This document shows positions 19,857-28,805 of a stretch of 64,000 bases of DNA, piece by piece. Below the pieces are notes generated by a model. That model ran no database searches, had not been told where the DNA came from, and saw only the letters and a list, made by a program, of their open reading frames with translations. Every line of letters begins with the position of its first letter. Within the stretch, counting starts at the first letter, position 1. The stretch covers positions 930,607 through 994,606 of the forward strand of contig CBDCWQ010000023.1 in assembly GCA_965223435.1 (NCBI GenBank). The letters run 5' to 3'. The position numbers were made by a program, and so were the translations under genes. The stretch comes from Myxococcota bacterium (GTDB lineage Bacteria > Myxococcota > Kuafuiibacteriia > Kuafuiibacteriales > Kuafuiibacteriaceae).

Positions 19857-20324
19857 CTAGATCCGAACACTCAGTACGGGGCATTCGGAACCGCGTATGA
19901 CTTGCCTATCGATGCTGTCATCCTGTTTCCAACGGGGCATTTGATTCCCTCCCATCACAATGAGGTCGTAGTCCTTCGAACGGGCCATGATTAGGGGTGC
20001 AGGTATGCCCGGTTCGAGCAGGAGGCGGATCGGACATAGAGGCCTGGACATCAATTGGCTTACGAACACGGCGGTGGTCCCGCTATTTCCTTTCTCTTCG
20101 CGCTTTTGGTTTGCGCCGGTCGAGGCAAAAACACGTGGTGTCCAGATGTGAAGGATATCGACGCCGGCGTTCAAGAGGTATGCAAGGTGGAGTGCAGTTT
20201 CTATCGCCCCATATCCTTCGTTCAAAAGATCAACTGGGACCAGTATTTTTTGGATGACTCTCAATACTCCGCGTTCCGGTTTGGTACAGCGTTTGTCGCT
20301 ATGTTGTCCACGCACAGCCCCCAC
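19857..20324 (-). CDS. Universal stress protein domain. Probably the C-terminal half of a tandem-USP gene split by a frameshift.
   Basis: 'ILVPVDLL' and 'YDLIVMGGN' are USP motifs. Overlaps the upstream USP ORF by 26 bp in another frame. Confidence 0.7.
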   Translation of the reverse strand: MGAVRGQHSDKRCTKPERGVLRVIQKILVPVDLLNEGYGAIETALHLAYLLNAGVDILHIWTPRVFASTGANQKREEKGNSGTTAVFVSQLMSRPLCPIRLLLEPGIPAPLIMARSKDYDLIVMGGNQMPRWKQDDSIDRQVIRGSECPVLSVRI

Positions 20325-20796
20325 TCAATGGGAAAAATGGGGGTGAATAACTCGCCTCTTTTGATCTGTTCTCGGATGTGGGAGCAAGCTCTTCGGGTAC
20401 AACAAAGATGGGACAGTGCGCTTCGTCTAACAGCGAGTCGACGGTACTCTTCTTGAAAATCTTGGACCACGCCCCGCGACTGTGGAGGCCGACAAAAATC
20501 ATATCGTAGACGCGGGAATGATGGACGAGAACCTGAGTGGGATCCCCAGATGTAGCTTCTGCCGCGATGCGGAGTCCTTCCGGAACCTGGCATTCTTTGA
20601 TCATCCGCTCGATCAGCAGACGATCTTGGGCGATAGGGCCGTGATCGTTTGGTGGTCGATGGCCCTCGTCATCTCTGTGCGGTCGAATATGGAGGACGCG
20701 AAGGTCCGCGTCGGTCTTGGTGGCGAAGTGAATGGCGTACTCTAGGGCCGCAGATGAAGCGGGTGTAAAGTCCACTGCGGCCAATAGTTTGGTCAT
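20299..20796 (-). CDS. Universal stress protein domain, N-terminal half of a possible tandem-USP gene. Start at the internal 'MTKLLAAVDF'.
   Basis: 'LLAAVDFTPASSAAL' and 'CPIFVVP'. Confidence 0.75.
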   Translation of the reverse strand: MTKLLAAVDFTPASSAALEYAIHFATKTDADLRVLHIRPHRDDEGHRPPNDHGPIAQDRLLIERMIKECQVPEGLRIAAEATSGDPTQVLVHHSRVYDMIFVGLHSRGAWSKIFKKSTVDSLLDEAHCPIFVVPEELAPTSENRSKEASYSPPFFPLSGGCAWTT

Positions 20797-20837
20797 ACGT
20801 TTTGAACGTTTCTTCAGCACCTAGTATCCCAAGCAGA

Positions 20838-20852
20838 GCAAGTCTTGTGCCA
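20838..20852 (-). promoter_or_regulatory. Exact-consensus sigma-54 promoter, minus strand: TGGCAC-aagac-TTGC. Immediately upstream of the USP gene.
   Basis: Perfect core match. ~30 nt upstream of the MTKLL start. Confidence 0.6.
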
Positions 20853-21012
20853 TGATGTTCGACGCATATGCGAGCAAGACAGGTGACGTTCTGGCTGCTC
20901 GGACCTGTTGGTATTCGCCACAGTCGTGACAATGTGCCCCATCCGGTTCGACGATCGGGTGGTCGGCTTTGTGCCGCTAGAATGGTATAGATTGTGCTGT
21001 CCGAATGGCGTG

Positions 21013-21510
21013 ATGCCATCCAAGATAGAGACGTTCGACAATCTGGTCAGGAAATTCGAAACCGCCATGTTGGTCACGATTGCGGCGCAGGATCTTCCTC
21101 GAGCCCGTCCGATGAACATTGTGAGGTATGAAGAAGGCGGTGTGTTCTATTTTCTTTCGGCGGACCGAGCTCCGAAGATGTCGGAGCTCAAAAGAGATGC
21201 ACGGTCTGCTCTGGTGCTTCAGAGCGCGACCCGGTTCATCTCGGTATCCGGGTATTCTCGGGAGCTTGAAGGAAAAGACATGGATGCGCTGGCGAGAGAG
21301 TTTGAGAATGAGGGTATTTCCTGTGATGCGATCACAGACGTTGCAAGTAAAAGGGTTTCTCTGGTCCGCTTTGATGCGGAGCAGGCTGAATACTGGGATC
21401 TATCTATCAAGGAGGGGCTCAAGCACGGGTGGGATCGGATCGCAGCGGTGATCAAGGTGGAGCCCCTCCCAAAAGTGCGTCCCTCAGCCCAAGCAAAGGT
21501 TGAGCTCTAG
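21013..21510 (+). CDS. Pyridoxamine-5'-phosphate-oxidase-like FMN-binding protein (general stress protein 26 type).
   Basis: 'AMLVTIAAQDLPRARPMNIV...GVFYFLS' is a split-barrel pattern. Start at the internal Met. Confidence 0.7.
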   Translation: MPSKIETFDNLVRKFETAMLVTIAAQDLPRARPMNIVRYEEGGVFYFLSADRAPKMSELKRDARSALVLQSATRFISVSGYSRELEGKDMDALAREFENEGISCDAITDVASKRVSLVRFDAEQAEYWDLSIKEGLKHGWDRIAAVIKVEPLPKVRPSAQAKVEL

Positions 21511-21551
21511 CCTCGCGAAAATCCAATTTCGGAAAGTAAGGTTCATGAGCC

Positions 21552-22664
21552 GTGACCCATGGCCTCCCTATGTGCCATGACACTGCCATGCCAGAGGCGG
21601 CCGAACTCAGTGGGACTCTGCTTCGAGCGATCTGCGAGGGGGCCCGAGGCATGGGCATCGATGTGGATGGGATGCTCGCGAGGGTAGGGCTTTACGAGGC
21701 GGAGCTGGATGACCCCGATCTTGTGGTTCCAGTGGCCGTGGAATCTCGGCTTTGGCAGGCGTTTCTCGCGGGCGCTGGACACGTGGTGGGTCTTGGGGTT
21801 CGGGCTGCCGAAGCCTTAGACCGAGGTGCCTTTCGAGAGCTCGAGTATGTGGTGCGAACCAGTGAAAATCTCGGGTCGGGCTTATCGAAGCTGGTGGCCT
21901 TCGATCGTCTGCTCCATGGTGTGGATACCTTCTGTTTCGAGGTGGACAGTGAAACCGCTCAGGTTGAGTATCTCCATCCGCACGGTGATGACACTCATGA
22001 GGCCTATGCGGCAAGCGAATTTGCATTGGCCGTTCTGGTTGCGCTGGGGCGTGACGCAACCGGTGTCGATTGGAAACCCGAAAGGGTATGGTTTAGGGGG
22101 CCTGCGCCTCTGGCCGAAAAAACGGAGCCGCTCGATAAATTCTTTCGGGTCCCGGTTTCGTTCGGAAAATCTACGACGGCGCTTTTCCTCGACCGCTCGC
22201 TCCTCGGGACTCCAATGGCGGACGCCGATCCCGAGTTGACGCAGGTTCTAGAGCATTGCCTTCAGAAAAGGATATCAGAACATAGCCCAACACGGCCGCT
22301 CAGTGAGGCCGTTGAGTCGGCCATCGTACAGCTGTTGCCATACGACACTTTGAGCATCGACACTGTTGCCCGTCGATTCGATCTCAAGGCCCGGACACTC
22401 CAAGAACGACTCAAAAAGGATGGGACCTCTTACCAAGAGATCCTGGATCGGACCCGAGAAACGCTCGCGAAGTCATACCTCGAGAACGGTCGAAGTGTTG
22501 CCGCTATTGCCTTTTTGTTGAGCTACGCTGACGTACGGGCCTTTCGCCGAGCGTTTAGGCGTTGGGCCAATTGTTCTCCGCAGGAGTACAAGAAGCGCCT
22601 CAAGGAAGAAAAGGGGACATCTGGCTCAGGGTGCAGCGCAAATAACCCTCTTCCCCGACGCTGA
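21552..22664 (+). CDS. AraC-family transcriptional regulator.
   Basis: C-terminal HTH 'LLSYADVRAFRRAFRRWANCSPQEYKK'. Confidence 0.8.
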   Translation: MTHGLPMCHDTAMPEAAELSGTLLRAICEGARGMGIDVDGMLARVGLYEAELDDPDLVVPVAVESRLWQAFLAGAGHVVGLGVRAAEALDRGAFRELEYVVRTSENLGSGLSKLVAFDRLLHGVDTFCFEVDSETAQVEYLHPHGDDTHEAYAASEFALAVLVALGRDATGVDWKPERVWFRGPAPLAEKTEPLDKFFRVPVSFGKSTTALFLDRSLLGTPMADADPELTQVLEHCLQKRISEHSPTRPLSEAVESAIVQLLPYDTLSIDTVARRFDLKARTLQERLKKDGTSYQEILDRTRETLAKSYLENGRSVAAIAFLLSYADVRAFRRAFRRWANCSPQEYKKRLKEEKGTSGSGCSANNPLPRR

Positions 22665-22688
22665 TCCGTATGCTCACCATCGGTTGCG

Positions 22689-23486
22689 ATGCTGAAACGC
22701 CCACACGCTACAGTTTCCGATCCGTTGACAGACGAAGCATCTTTGTTGCTCTCAGCCGTGGGCCATGACCTGAGAAGTCCGCTCACCACGATTCGTATTG
22801 GCCTAGACATCTTGCGGGATAGTAAGGGCCTGTCCAACGAGGAGAAGAAGCTACTACGGCGCATGAAGAAGGCCATTGAACGTTCAGAGCGATTGACGGG
22901 AGATCTTTTCGAATGGGCTCAGGTGCGATTCGACGTCCAGCCGGTGAAGCGAGAGCCTTGCGACTTATTTTCGATTTTCCAAGACATCGTTTCGGACATG
23001 CAGATGCGGTATCCCTCCACCGAGCTTCGCGTTTTTTCCAGCGGGTCTACAATTGGAGAATGGGATCCTCACCGCGTTGCCCAGATCGCCGAAAACCTTC
23101 TGTTGAACGCGCTTCAGCACGGTGTGTTAGATACTCCGATCGTCGTAGCGATTGACGGAGATGTTGACTTGATTGAAGTCACTGTCCACAACGAGGGCAG
23201 CCCGATCGGAGATACGATTGACGCCGTTCTTTTCGAACCTATGCAACGAGGCACTGACGCAGTGGCCGGCAGTGGCTTGGGGCTGGGGCTGTTCATTGTT
23301 CGGCAGCTGGTCTTTGCGCATGGCGGACAAATCCATGTCTCTTCGACTCAGGAGGGTGGCACATCGTTTACGATTCGACTTCCCCGTTTTTGCCGGTCTT
23401 CATCCCGTCGCGCATCAAGTCCCTTGGTGGCGAATCCCCGCAAAAAGCCACAGAGGTCGACTCGCTCAAGCAGGCGCCCTCCGTGA
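22689..23486 (+). CDS. Sensor-less histidine kinase core (HisKA plus HATPase_c).
   Basis: H-box 'LSAVGHDLRSPL'. G-boxes 'GSGLGLGLFIVRQLVFAHGG'. Confidence 0.8.
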   Translation: MLKRPHATVSDPLTDEASLLLSAVGHDLRSPLTTIRIGLDILRDSKGLSNEEKKLLRRMKKAIERSERLTGDLFEWAQVRFDVQPVKREPCDLFSIFQDIVSDMQMRYPSTELRVFSSGSTIGEWDPHRVAQIAENLLLNALQHGVLDTPIVVAIDGDVDLIEVTVHNEGSPIGDTIDAVLFEPMQRGTDAVAGSGLGLGLFIVRQLVFAHGGQIHVSSTQEGGTSFTIRLPRFCRSSSRRASSPLVANPRKKPQRSTRSSRRPP

Positions 23487-23786
23487 TGTCTTTCTCTTTG
23501 TTTTGGACACCTTCTTTGAGCGTGGTACTTGGGCCAGAGCACTTCCCGCTGCCCGCCTCGCTTGGGGCCGGGTGTTTTTCCGGCTCAAGGCCCGGGCGGC
23601 CGCCGTGGCGGTTCTCTTTGTTGTTTTGCTGTTGCCGCGAACCTGTCGCAGTGCACTGGCTGCGGCGCTCTTTCCCGCCGGTGTGGTCTTTGGGTTCTGA
23701 AGGGCTCTTCCTGCCGCAGACGCTGTCTTTTTTTGGGTTGTTCTCGTTTTTTTTTGTTCTGTCATCTTGGGATAACTGTTCAGCAA
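23466..23786 (-). CDS. Small highly basic Ala/Lys/Arg/Thr-rich protein with histone-H1-like repeats (AA[GA]RAL...KTT). Possible nucleoid-associated protein.
   Basis: Three to four repeats: 'AAGRALQNPKTT', 'AASALRQVRGNSKTTKRTA', 'AAARALSRKN', 'AAGSALAQVPRSKK'. Lys codons give a local AT-rich patch. No clear Shine-Dalgarno. Confidence 0.35.
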   Translation of the reverse strand: MLNSYPKMTEQKKTRTTQKKTASAAGRALQNPKTTPAGKSAAASALRQVRGNSKTTKRTATAAARALSRKNTRPQARRAAGSALAQVPRSKKVSKTKRKTSRRAPA

Positions 23787-24004
23787 ATTTCATGCCACCC
23801 GCTCGTGGGACGGGAATATTCGGCTTCGAGAACCGGAATACGTCTGTCGTGGATCGGCGCGGTGGGAGGCAAGATGCCTCAACTGAGACAGCCTGACACG
23901 ACGCGGATCTTTTCAGCTGGGAAGTGGGCGTGGGTAGGGCCCATACGGTTGGCAGTACGGATTGGCTCACTTCTTGCTGGAGCGTATACGGTAAGGAGTA
24001 AAGA

Positions 24005-24394
24005 ATGAAACGGCTTTGTATCGTTCATGTGGGTCTCTTTGTCTTCGGGTTGGCCTCTGTTGGCTGCCAGAGCAACGAGGTAGCCGAGGCACAAAAAAAA
24101 GAGCAAGAACCTAGTCACAGCGCTACGCAGGAACAGAGGCTTGATGAGTTGGAGAACCAATGGATACGGGTGAAGGCGGGCATTCAGGGCAAGGCGGGAC
24201 TCGAGCAGGATCTCATCGTGCTGCGAGACGAGATTGAGGAAGAGATAGACTCGGTGAAGCGAGAACTTAAGAAGATGAAAGAGTCGGCCGCCACCAAGGG
24301 GCAAGAAGCAAGAAAAGCCGTCACAAGTCAGTTGGACATTTCGTTGAAAAAACTCGAAGCATCAATCGCAAAAATGCGAGAAAAACTGGGCTAG
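24005..24394 (+). CDS. Coiled-coil lipoprotein (129 aa).
   Basis: Signal peptide with lipobox 'LASVGC'. K/E-rich helical remainder. Confidence 0.55.
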   Translation: MKRLCIVHVGLFVFGLASVGCQSNEVAEAQKKEQEPSHSATQEQRLDELENQWIRVKAGIQGKAGLEQDLIVLRDEIEEEIDSVKRELKKMKESAATKGQEARKAVTSQLDISLKKLEASIAKMREKLG

Positions 24395-24403
24395 GAGGTA
24401 CAC

Positions 24404-24598
24404 ATGGTACACGCAAGCATGACCCGTGATCGGCCAGCCGGAGATCTATTTCGGGTCGTATTGTCTATTCTATTGCCGCCCCTAGGCGTGGCTTTGGAGG
24501 TTGGTCTAACGAGACACTTCTGGTTGAACCTGCTTTTGACACTTCTGGGGTACATTCCTGGGCTCGTGCACGCCGTCTGGATTATTGCGCGTCGCTAG
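24404..24598 (+). CDS. YqaE/Pmp3-family (UPF0057) small membrane proteolipid.
   Basis: 'ILLPPLGVALEVG...FWLNLLLTLLGYIPGLVHAVWII' is the family signature. An AGGAGG Shine-Dalgarno lies upstream. Confidence 0.75.
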   Translation: MVHASMTRDRPAGDLFRVVLSILLPPLGVALEVGLTRHFWLNLLLTLLGYIPGLVHAVWIIARR

Positions 24599-24802
24599 CT
24601 TAACCTCAGCTTAGCGGGTGCGCCCGACAAGTCCCCCCCTGGCGGACCCCTTGCAGCGACTGGGAGCGAAGTCGCAACACTTTCGGCGAACCTTTGTTAC
24701 GAAAGCACTGGCAGCAGGTCGAGGCATAGTCAGTGGGTGCGAAATGCTGCGGTTGGGGCATTTTCCCCCTTTGTCGGCCCAAACATTCAGGCTTTCGCGA
24801 GC

Positions 24803-24818
24803 TGGAACAGACATTGCA
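24803..24818 (+). promoter_or_regulatory. Sigma-54 promoter candidate TGGAAC-agaca-TTGCA.
   Basis: One mismatch with exact spacing. ~35 nt upstream of the PRC-barrel ATG, with an AAAGGAGAG Shine-Dalgarno in between. Confidence 0.55.
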
Positions 24819-24854
24819 GTTCGTGAGGGCATAGACAGAAAAAGGAGAGACCCC

Positions 24855-25586
24855 ATGCTAAGAAGCTTAGACGAGATCCATAACTACGGGCTTGAGGCAA
24901 CTGATGGCCAGATCGGTCGGTGTAGTGATTTCCTGTTCAGCGAGGACGACTGGACTGTGCGGTACATGGTCGCTGACACGGAGCGGTGGCTTCCAGGCCG
25001 AAGGGTCTTGATCGCACCCATCGCGTTTCAGACCCCCCAAGAACGCACCAAACAGTTTCCGCTTTCACTGACGAAGAGTCAGATCGAGAGCAGTCCTCCG
25101 TTGGCTAGCAACGCCACGATTTCTCGCAAGTATGAAGAAGAGTACTTTGCTCACTACGGATGGTCCGTCTATTGGACAAAATCTCCTGGAATCCAGGTGG
25201 CCAAAGAGAAACTAAACGAGCGCGGACCATCTGCGAAATACCGAGATTCTCAGCTTCGTTCAGTCAGGGAAGTCAAGGGCTACGAAATTTCTGCGACCGA
25301 TGGTGATTTTGGGCGAGTGAAAGATTTTATCGTAGACCACGAAGACTGGAAGATCCGCTTTGTGGTGGTGGACACCCGAAGATGGTTGCCCGGTGGGGAC
25401 GAAGTGTTGCTTTCGCCCGAATGGATTTCTGGCGTTCGTTGGGCGCCGCGACAAATCACTGTGGATGTCACGAAAGATCTTGTGAAGGATAGCCCCAAAT
25501 TCGATCCTTCGACCCCCGTCAATCGAGAGTATGAGATACGGTTATATGACTACTATGGTCGGCCGAAGTATTGGGAGGCGTTCTAA
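24855..25586 (+). CDS. Protein with two PRC-barrel domains.
   Basis: Two repeats of '...ATDG.IG...DF......W.VRY.V.DT.RWLPG..VL..P'. Confidence 0.75.
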   Translation: MLRSLDEIHNYGLEATDGQIGRCSDFLFSEDDWTVRYMVADTERWLPGRRVLIAPIAFQTPQERTKQFPLSLTKSQIESSPPLASNATISRKYEEEYFAHYGWSVYWTKSPGIQVAKEKLNERGPSAKYRDSQLRSVREVKGYEISATDGDFGRVKDFIVDHEDWKIRFVVVDTRRWLPGGDEVLLSPEWISGVRWAPRQITVDVTKDLVKDSPKFDPSTPVNREYEIRLYDYYGRPKYWEAF

Positions 25587-25599
25587 ATAGAAACGCAGA

Positions 25600-25680
25600 A
25601 GTCGGGATCCAGGCCCTATGCGGTATTGGACCCTGCGGTGCCGGCGCACGTACTTCCGTGTACGCTCCCTTAGCTCCGCG
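25600..25680 (-). mobile_element. ~60-80 bp remnant of the 3' end of an IS5/IS1182-like transposase gene.
   Basis: Aligns with 40338-40395 (about 40/44 nt). Its translation 'AYTEVRAPAPQGPIPHRA' parallels 'VYAEVREPAPQGPEPLRRMA' in the larger fragment. Confidence 0.5.
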
Positions 25681-25874
25681 GATGCGGCTTTGCCTAGCAC
25701 CTGGCTTCGAACTTGTGCGTTCCTGTTTAATATCGTCCCCGGGATGTTTGACCGAGCAATCGTGCGTTTCCTTCGGTGTCGGTTTACGTGGCGATTTTCA
25801 ACGCAAACTTAATTGACTGGGGCGAATTGCCTCATGATGCGTGTTTGGTCTCTAAGAAACCTTAGCGAAAAATT

Positions 25875-25890
25875 TGGCATTGCTTGTGCA
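25875..25890 (+). promoter_or_regulatory. Sigma-54 promoter candidate TGGCAT-tgctt-GTGCA.
   Basis: Two core mismatches. The GG and GC dinucleotides are conserved with exact spacing. ~85 nt upstream of the ferritin-like start. Confidence 0.4.
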
Positions 25891-25973
25891 TTCTGAATGC
25901 CGCCATGGAACCACTACAAATTGACTTTGCAAGCGTAAGAGACAGTGCCCGAGCACAGGTCCTTGATGGGGCG

Positions 25974-26456
25974 ATGACCGGGGCGTACCGTGGTGATCGA
26001 AAAAAGGTTGTCGAAGTCCTCAATTCAGTCCTGGCCAACGAACTGGTTTGTGCGCTTCGCTACAAGAACCACTACTATCTGGTCCAAGGGATTGAAGGTC
26101 AGACGGTGGCGGAAGAGCTGCTCGAACATGCCAAGGAAGAAATGGCGCATGCAGATGCCGTGGCCCTTCGAATTCGGCAGCTAGGTGGAGATCCTGAGAT
26201 GGATCCCGCGGTGATTGCCGATCGTTCACATTGCGAGTTCAAGGCCCCAAAGAACTGGAGGGAGATCATCCGCGAAAACGTGATCGCGGAGCGAATTGCC
26301 GTTCAGACCTATTCACAGATTGTACGCTGGCTGGGGAACAAGGATCCTACTTCCCGTAGGCTGATGGAACGTTTGCTAGAAAAGGAAGAGGAGCATGCAG
26401 ACGAGCTCGCCGATCTTCTGGCCCGTTTGCCAAAGCAGGATGATCATTCAAAGTAA
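25974..26456 (+). CDS. Bacterioferritin/ferritin-like four-helix-bundle protein (~160 aa).
   Basis: N-terminus 'MTGAYRGDRKKVVEVLNSVLANELV' parallels Bfr 'MKGDKKVIEHLNKLLGNEL'. 'EEMAHAD' sites follow. Start chosen at the internal Met. Confidence 0.75.
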   Translation: MTGAYRGDRKKVVEVLNSVLANELVCALRYKNHYYLVQGIEGQTVAEELLEHAKEEMAHADAVALRIRQLGGDPEMDPAVIADRSHCEFKAPKNWREIIRENVIAERIAVQTYSQIVRWLGNKDPTSRRLMERLLEKEEEHADELADLLARLPKQDDHSK

Positions 26457-26567
26457 ATACGTTCGCTTGTGAAAGGTCGGCCAGGATTTGCATAGAGGAG
26501 CCTGAGGGATAAGAAATTGGCTGGCCAAGCGCCTAGACCCGCGGACTGCCTGGGACCAATACGGCAT

Positions 26568-26735
26568 TCAGGTTTTAGATTGAATGACGCCTGCAACAAG
26601 GCTTACTGCTGCGAGTACAATAAACCCAAAAAACAAGATTTTGGCTATTCCTGCAGCGCTGGCTGCGATGCCGCCAAACCCAAATACAGCAGCGATCAAC
26701 GCAATGACGAAAAAGGTAAGAGCCCATTGAAGCAT
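26568..26735 (-). CDS. DUF1328 (UPF0391, YtjA-like) small membrane protein.
   Basis: '[36 protein letters not shown]' is the family signature. Confidence 0.7.
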   Translation of the reverse strand: MLQWALTFFVIALIAAVFGFGGIAASAAGIAKILFFGFIVLAAVSLVAGVIQSKT

Positions 26736-26920
26736 TGTTTGTCTCCTTCTGTTCGCGATAAGAGAAACGCCGAACCCGATCGAAACCTGCATGATTCATA
26801 CCGACTCAGCCCTCGGTCGGATCCGTATTGCCGTGAGGAAGAATGACACGGCCGTGACATTTAGCCTCCTCATTGAGTTGAGGCCTCCGAAGAATCTTCC
26901 TCTAAGGTCCAAACGGTTAT

Positions 26921-26936
26921 TGGCGCGGTGTTTGCA
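26921..26936 (+). promoter_or_regulatory. Sigma-54 promoter candidate TGGCGC-ggtgt-TTGCA.
   Basis: One mismatch. ~48 nt upstream of the YflT-like ATG, which has an AAGGAG Shine-Dalgarno. Confidence 0.55.
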
Positions 26937-26983
26937 GAACACAAGAAGCGCGGACGTTTAGTTCCATGACATAAGGAGAAGCA

Positions 26984-27505
26984 ATGACAAAACAAACTAT
27001 CGTTTTCGGAGCCTTTAAAACGCCAGAGGGTGCACATCGAGCCTCGGATCGGCTGGTTAGCAGTGGTTTCAATTTCAACACAATCAGCATATTACTGTCA
27101 GATCGGGCGAAAGAAAATTTCGCAGCGATGCAGGACAATACCAAAGGGCCTGAGGGGGCGGCCGTGGGGGGGGCGACGGGAGCAACCATCGGCGCCCTTG
27201 TGTCCGGACTTAGCGCGGTCGCTGCAGTGACGATACCCGGCGTTGGTTTACTTGCGGCAGGTCCTCTCGTGGCAGCATTGGCCGGAGGCGGTGCGGGTGC
27301 GGCTACCGGGGGTCTTGTTGGAGGATTGATTGGTCTAGGCATATCCGAGCATGAAGCCAAACTCGCCCAAGATGTGCTCGACAAAGATGGGATTGTCATG
27401 GCGGTTCAAACCAACAAAGAAAAGGCGGATCAGGCGAGAAAAGTATTACGAGAGGCCGGATCGATCGAAGTCGAGTCAGTAGCTGGCCATGCTGCGCGAG
27501 TGTAG
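26984..27505 (+). CDS. General-stress-protein-17M/YflT-like protein with a glycine-zipper segment.
   Basis: N-terminal 'IVFGAFKTPEGAHRASDRL'. Central 'GAAVGGATGATIGALVSG' glycine zipper. Confidence 0.6.
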   Translation: MTKQTIVFGAFKTPEGAHRASDRLVSSGFNFNTISILLSDRAKENFAAMQDNTKGPEGAAVGGATGATIGALVSGLSAVAAVTIPGVGLLAAGPLVAALAGGGAGAATGGLVGGLIGLGISEHEAKLAQDVLDKDGIVMAVQTNKEKADQARKVLREAGSIEVESVAGHAARV

Positions 27506-27635
27506 CGACTGGGTGCGCTCTGCCTCTGCTCTTACGAGGAGGCACATCCCAGCGATCGTCGAACTCATCGAGCGCCATTTGGGCCGCCTACTCGTCCGTG
27601 GCTGTGCCGGCAGTGAAAGTCTGACACTCTCCTGC

Positions 27636-28805
27636 CTATGCGTGCGCCCGTAAACCCCTGCCCACAAATTCCATGATGCGGCGCCCTGTGGAGCGTCGGT
27701 GCCAAGACTGCCGGGTGATAAGCTCGCTTTTCGCAATGTCCTTCTCAAAATGGTGGCGAAGCTGGTTGAGGATCTTATGGTCGACGACCGCCAAGCTGAT
27801 CTCATCGTCCTGTCGCATTGAGCGCTGATTAAAGTTTGCCGATCCAATGATCGCCATGACGTTATCTATAGTGATCACTTTGGCATGCATCATTGTAGGA
27901 CCGTAGCGCCAAAGCTTGACACCAGCCGAAAGAAGGGGGGCTATGGTGCTGTCTCCGATTGCTTTGGCCACTCGCGAATCTGCGCACTGCGCGGAAGGCG
28001 TAAGGATTTGAACATCAACACCGCGTGCAGCAGTATCACGGAGTAGCGTTACCATCGTCTCATCTGGAACGAAGTATGCTGTCGTGATCCGCAGGGTCTT
28101 TTGGGCCATCAACACAGCGGCTCTTTGCAGTGAGGCGATATCCGTATACCCGTAAGAGGAAGTGGTTCGAACTACCTGTATCCAGCTCTTACCGGAACAT
28201 CTCAAGGGCATTGATTCGTTGCTGGCGTCCCACAGGCGCCCTCCCTCGATCCAGTTACCAACAAACGCTGCCCGAAGACCATCCACAGCCGGTCCTTCAA
28301 TGCGAAAGTGGGTATCTCGCCACTCAGATTGATTTCGGGCATCACCCTCCCATTCCTTTGCGATACCAACCCCACCGGTAAATCCTACTCTGTTGTCACA
28401 CACCAGAACTTTGCGATGGGTTCGACGCATATTTTTCCACCAGCGCCACGTGAGCGGTCGGAACCAGCTAACTTCAACCCCGGCTGCCGTCATGGATTCA
28501 ACCAGGCGAGAATCCATACTTCGTGCCCCATAGGCGTCAAGAAGAACTTTCACCCGGATGCCCGCTTTGGCTTTCATCTGAAGGGTGGAAGCAAAACAAT
28601 CGGCGATCGCTCCTCGCCAATAAACAAATGTCAAAAACTCGATCGAAGATTCTGCCTCGTTGATGGCCTGCAACATGGCCGGAAAGATCTCTACCCCATT
28701 TTTAAGAACGGAAATGTGGTTTCCTCCGGTAAATGGAACCCCGAGTAGGTTCTCGAGGTTCTGGATCAGAGTCGGATTGGGTCTACAGATGAGTTCCGGC
28801 TTCAT
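27636..28805 (-). CDS. Phospholipase D-family cardiolipin synthase (two HKD motifs, ClsB-like, no TM segment).
   Basis: 'HAKVITIDNVMAIIGSANFNQRS' HKD motif plus an upstream second HKD. Confidence 0.8.
   Translation of the reverse strand: MKPELICRPNPTLIQNLENLLGVPFTGGNHISVLKNGVEIFPAMLQAINEAESSIEFLTFVYWRGAIADCFASTLQMKAKAGIRVKVLLDAYGARSMDSRLVESMTAAGVEVSWFRPLTWRWWKNMRRTHRKVLVCDNRVGFTGGVGIAKEWEGDARNQSEWRDTHFRIEGPAVDGLRAAFVGNWIEGGRLWDASNESMPLRCSGKSWIQVVRTTSSYGYTDIASLQRAAVLMAQKTLRITTAYFVPDETMVTLLRDTAARGVDVQILTPSAQCADSRVAKAIGDSTIAPLLSAGVKLWRYGPTMMHAKVITIDNVMAIIGSANFNQRSMRQDDEISLAVVDHKILNQLRHHFEKDIAKSELITRQSWHRRSTGRRIMEFVGRGLRAHA

Noticed and set aside
25633-25670. Conserved 45-bp repeat first considered a stress-gene regulatory motif or sigma-54 site
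   Set aside because: Both copies translate to the conserved C-terminus of an IS5/IS1182-like transposase, so it is IS debris. The TGG...TGC spacing match to sigma-54 inside it is coincidental.
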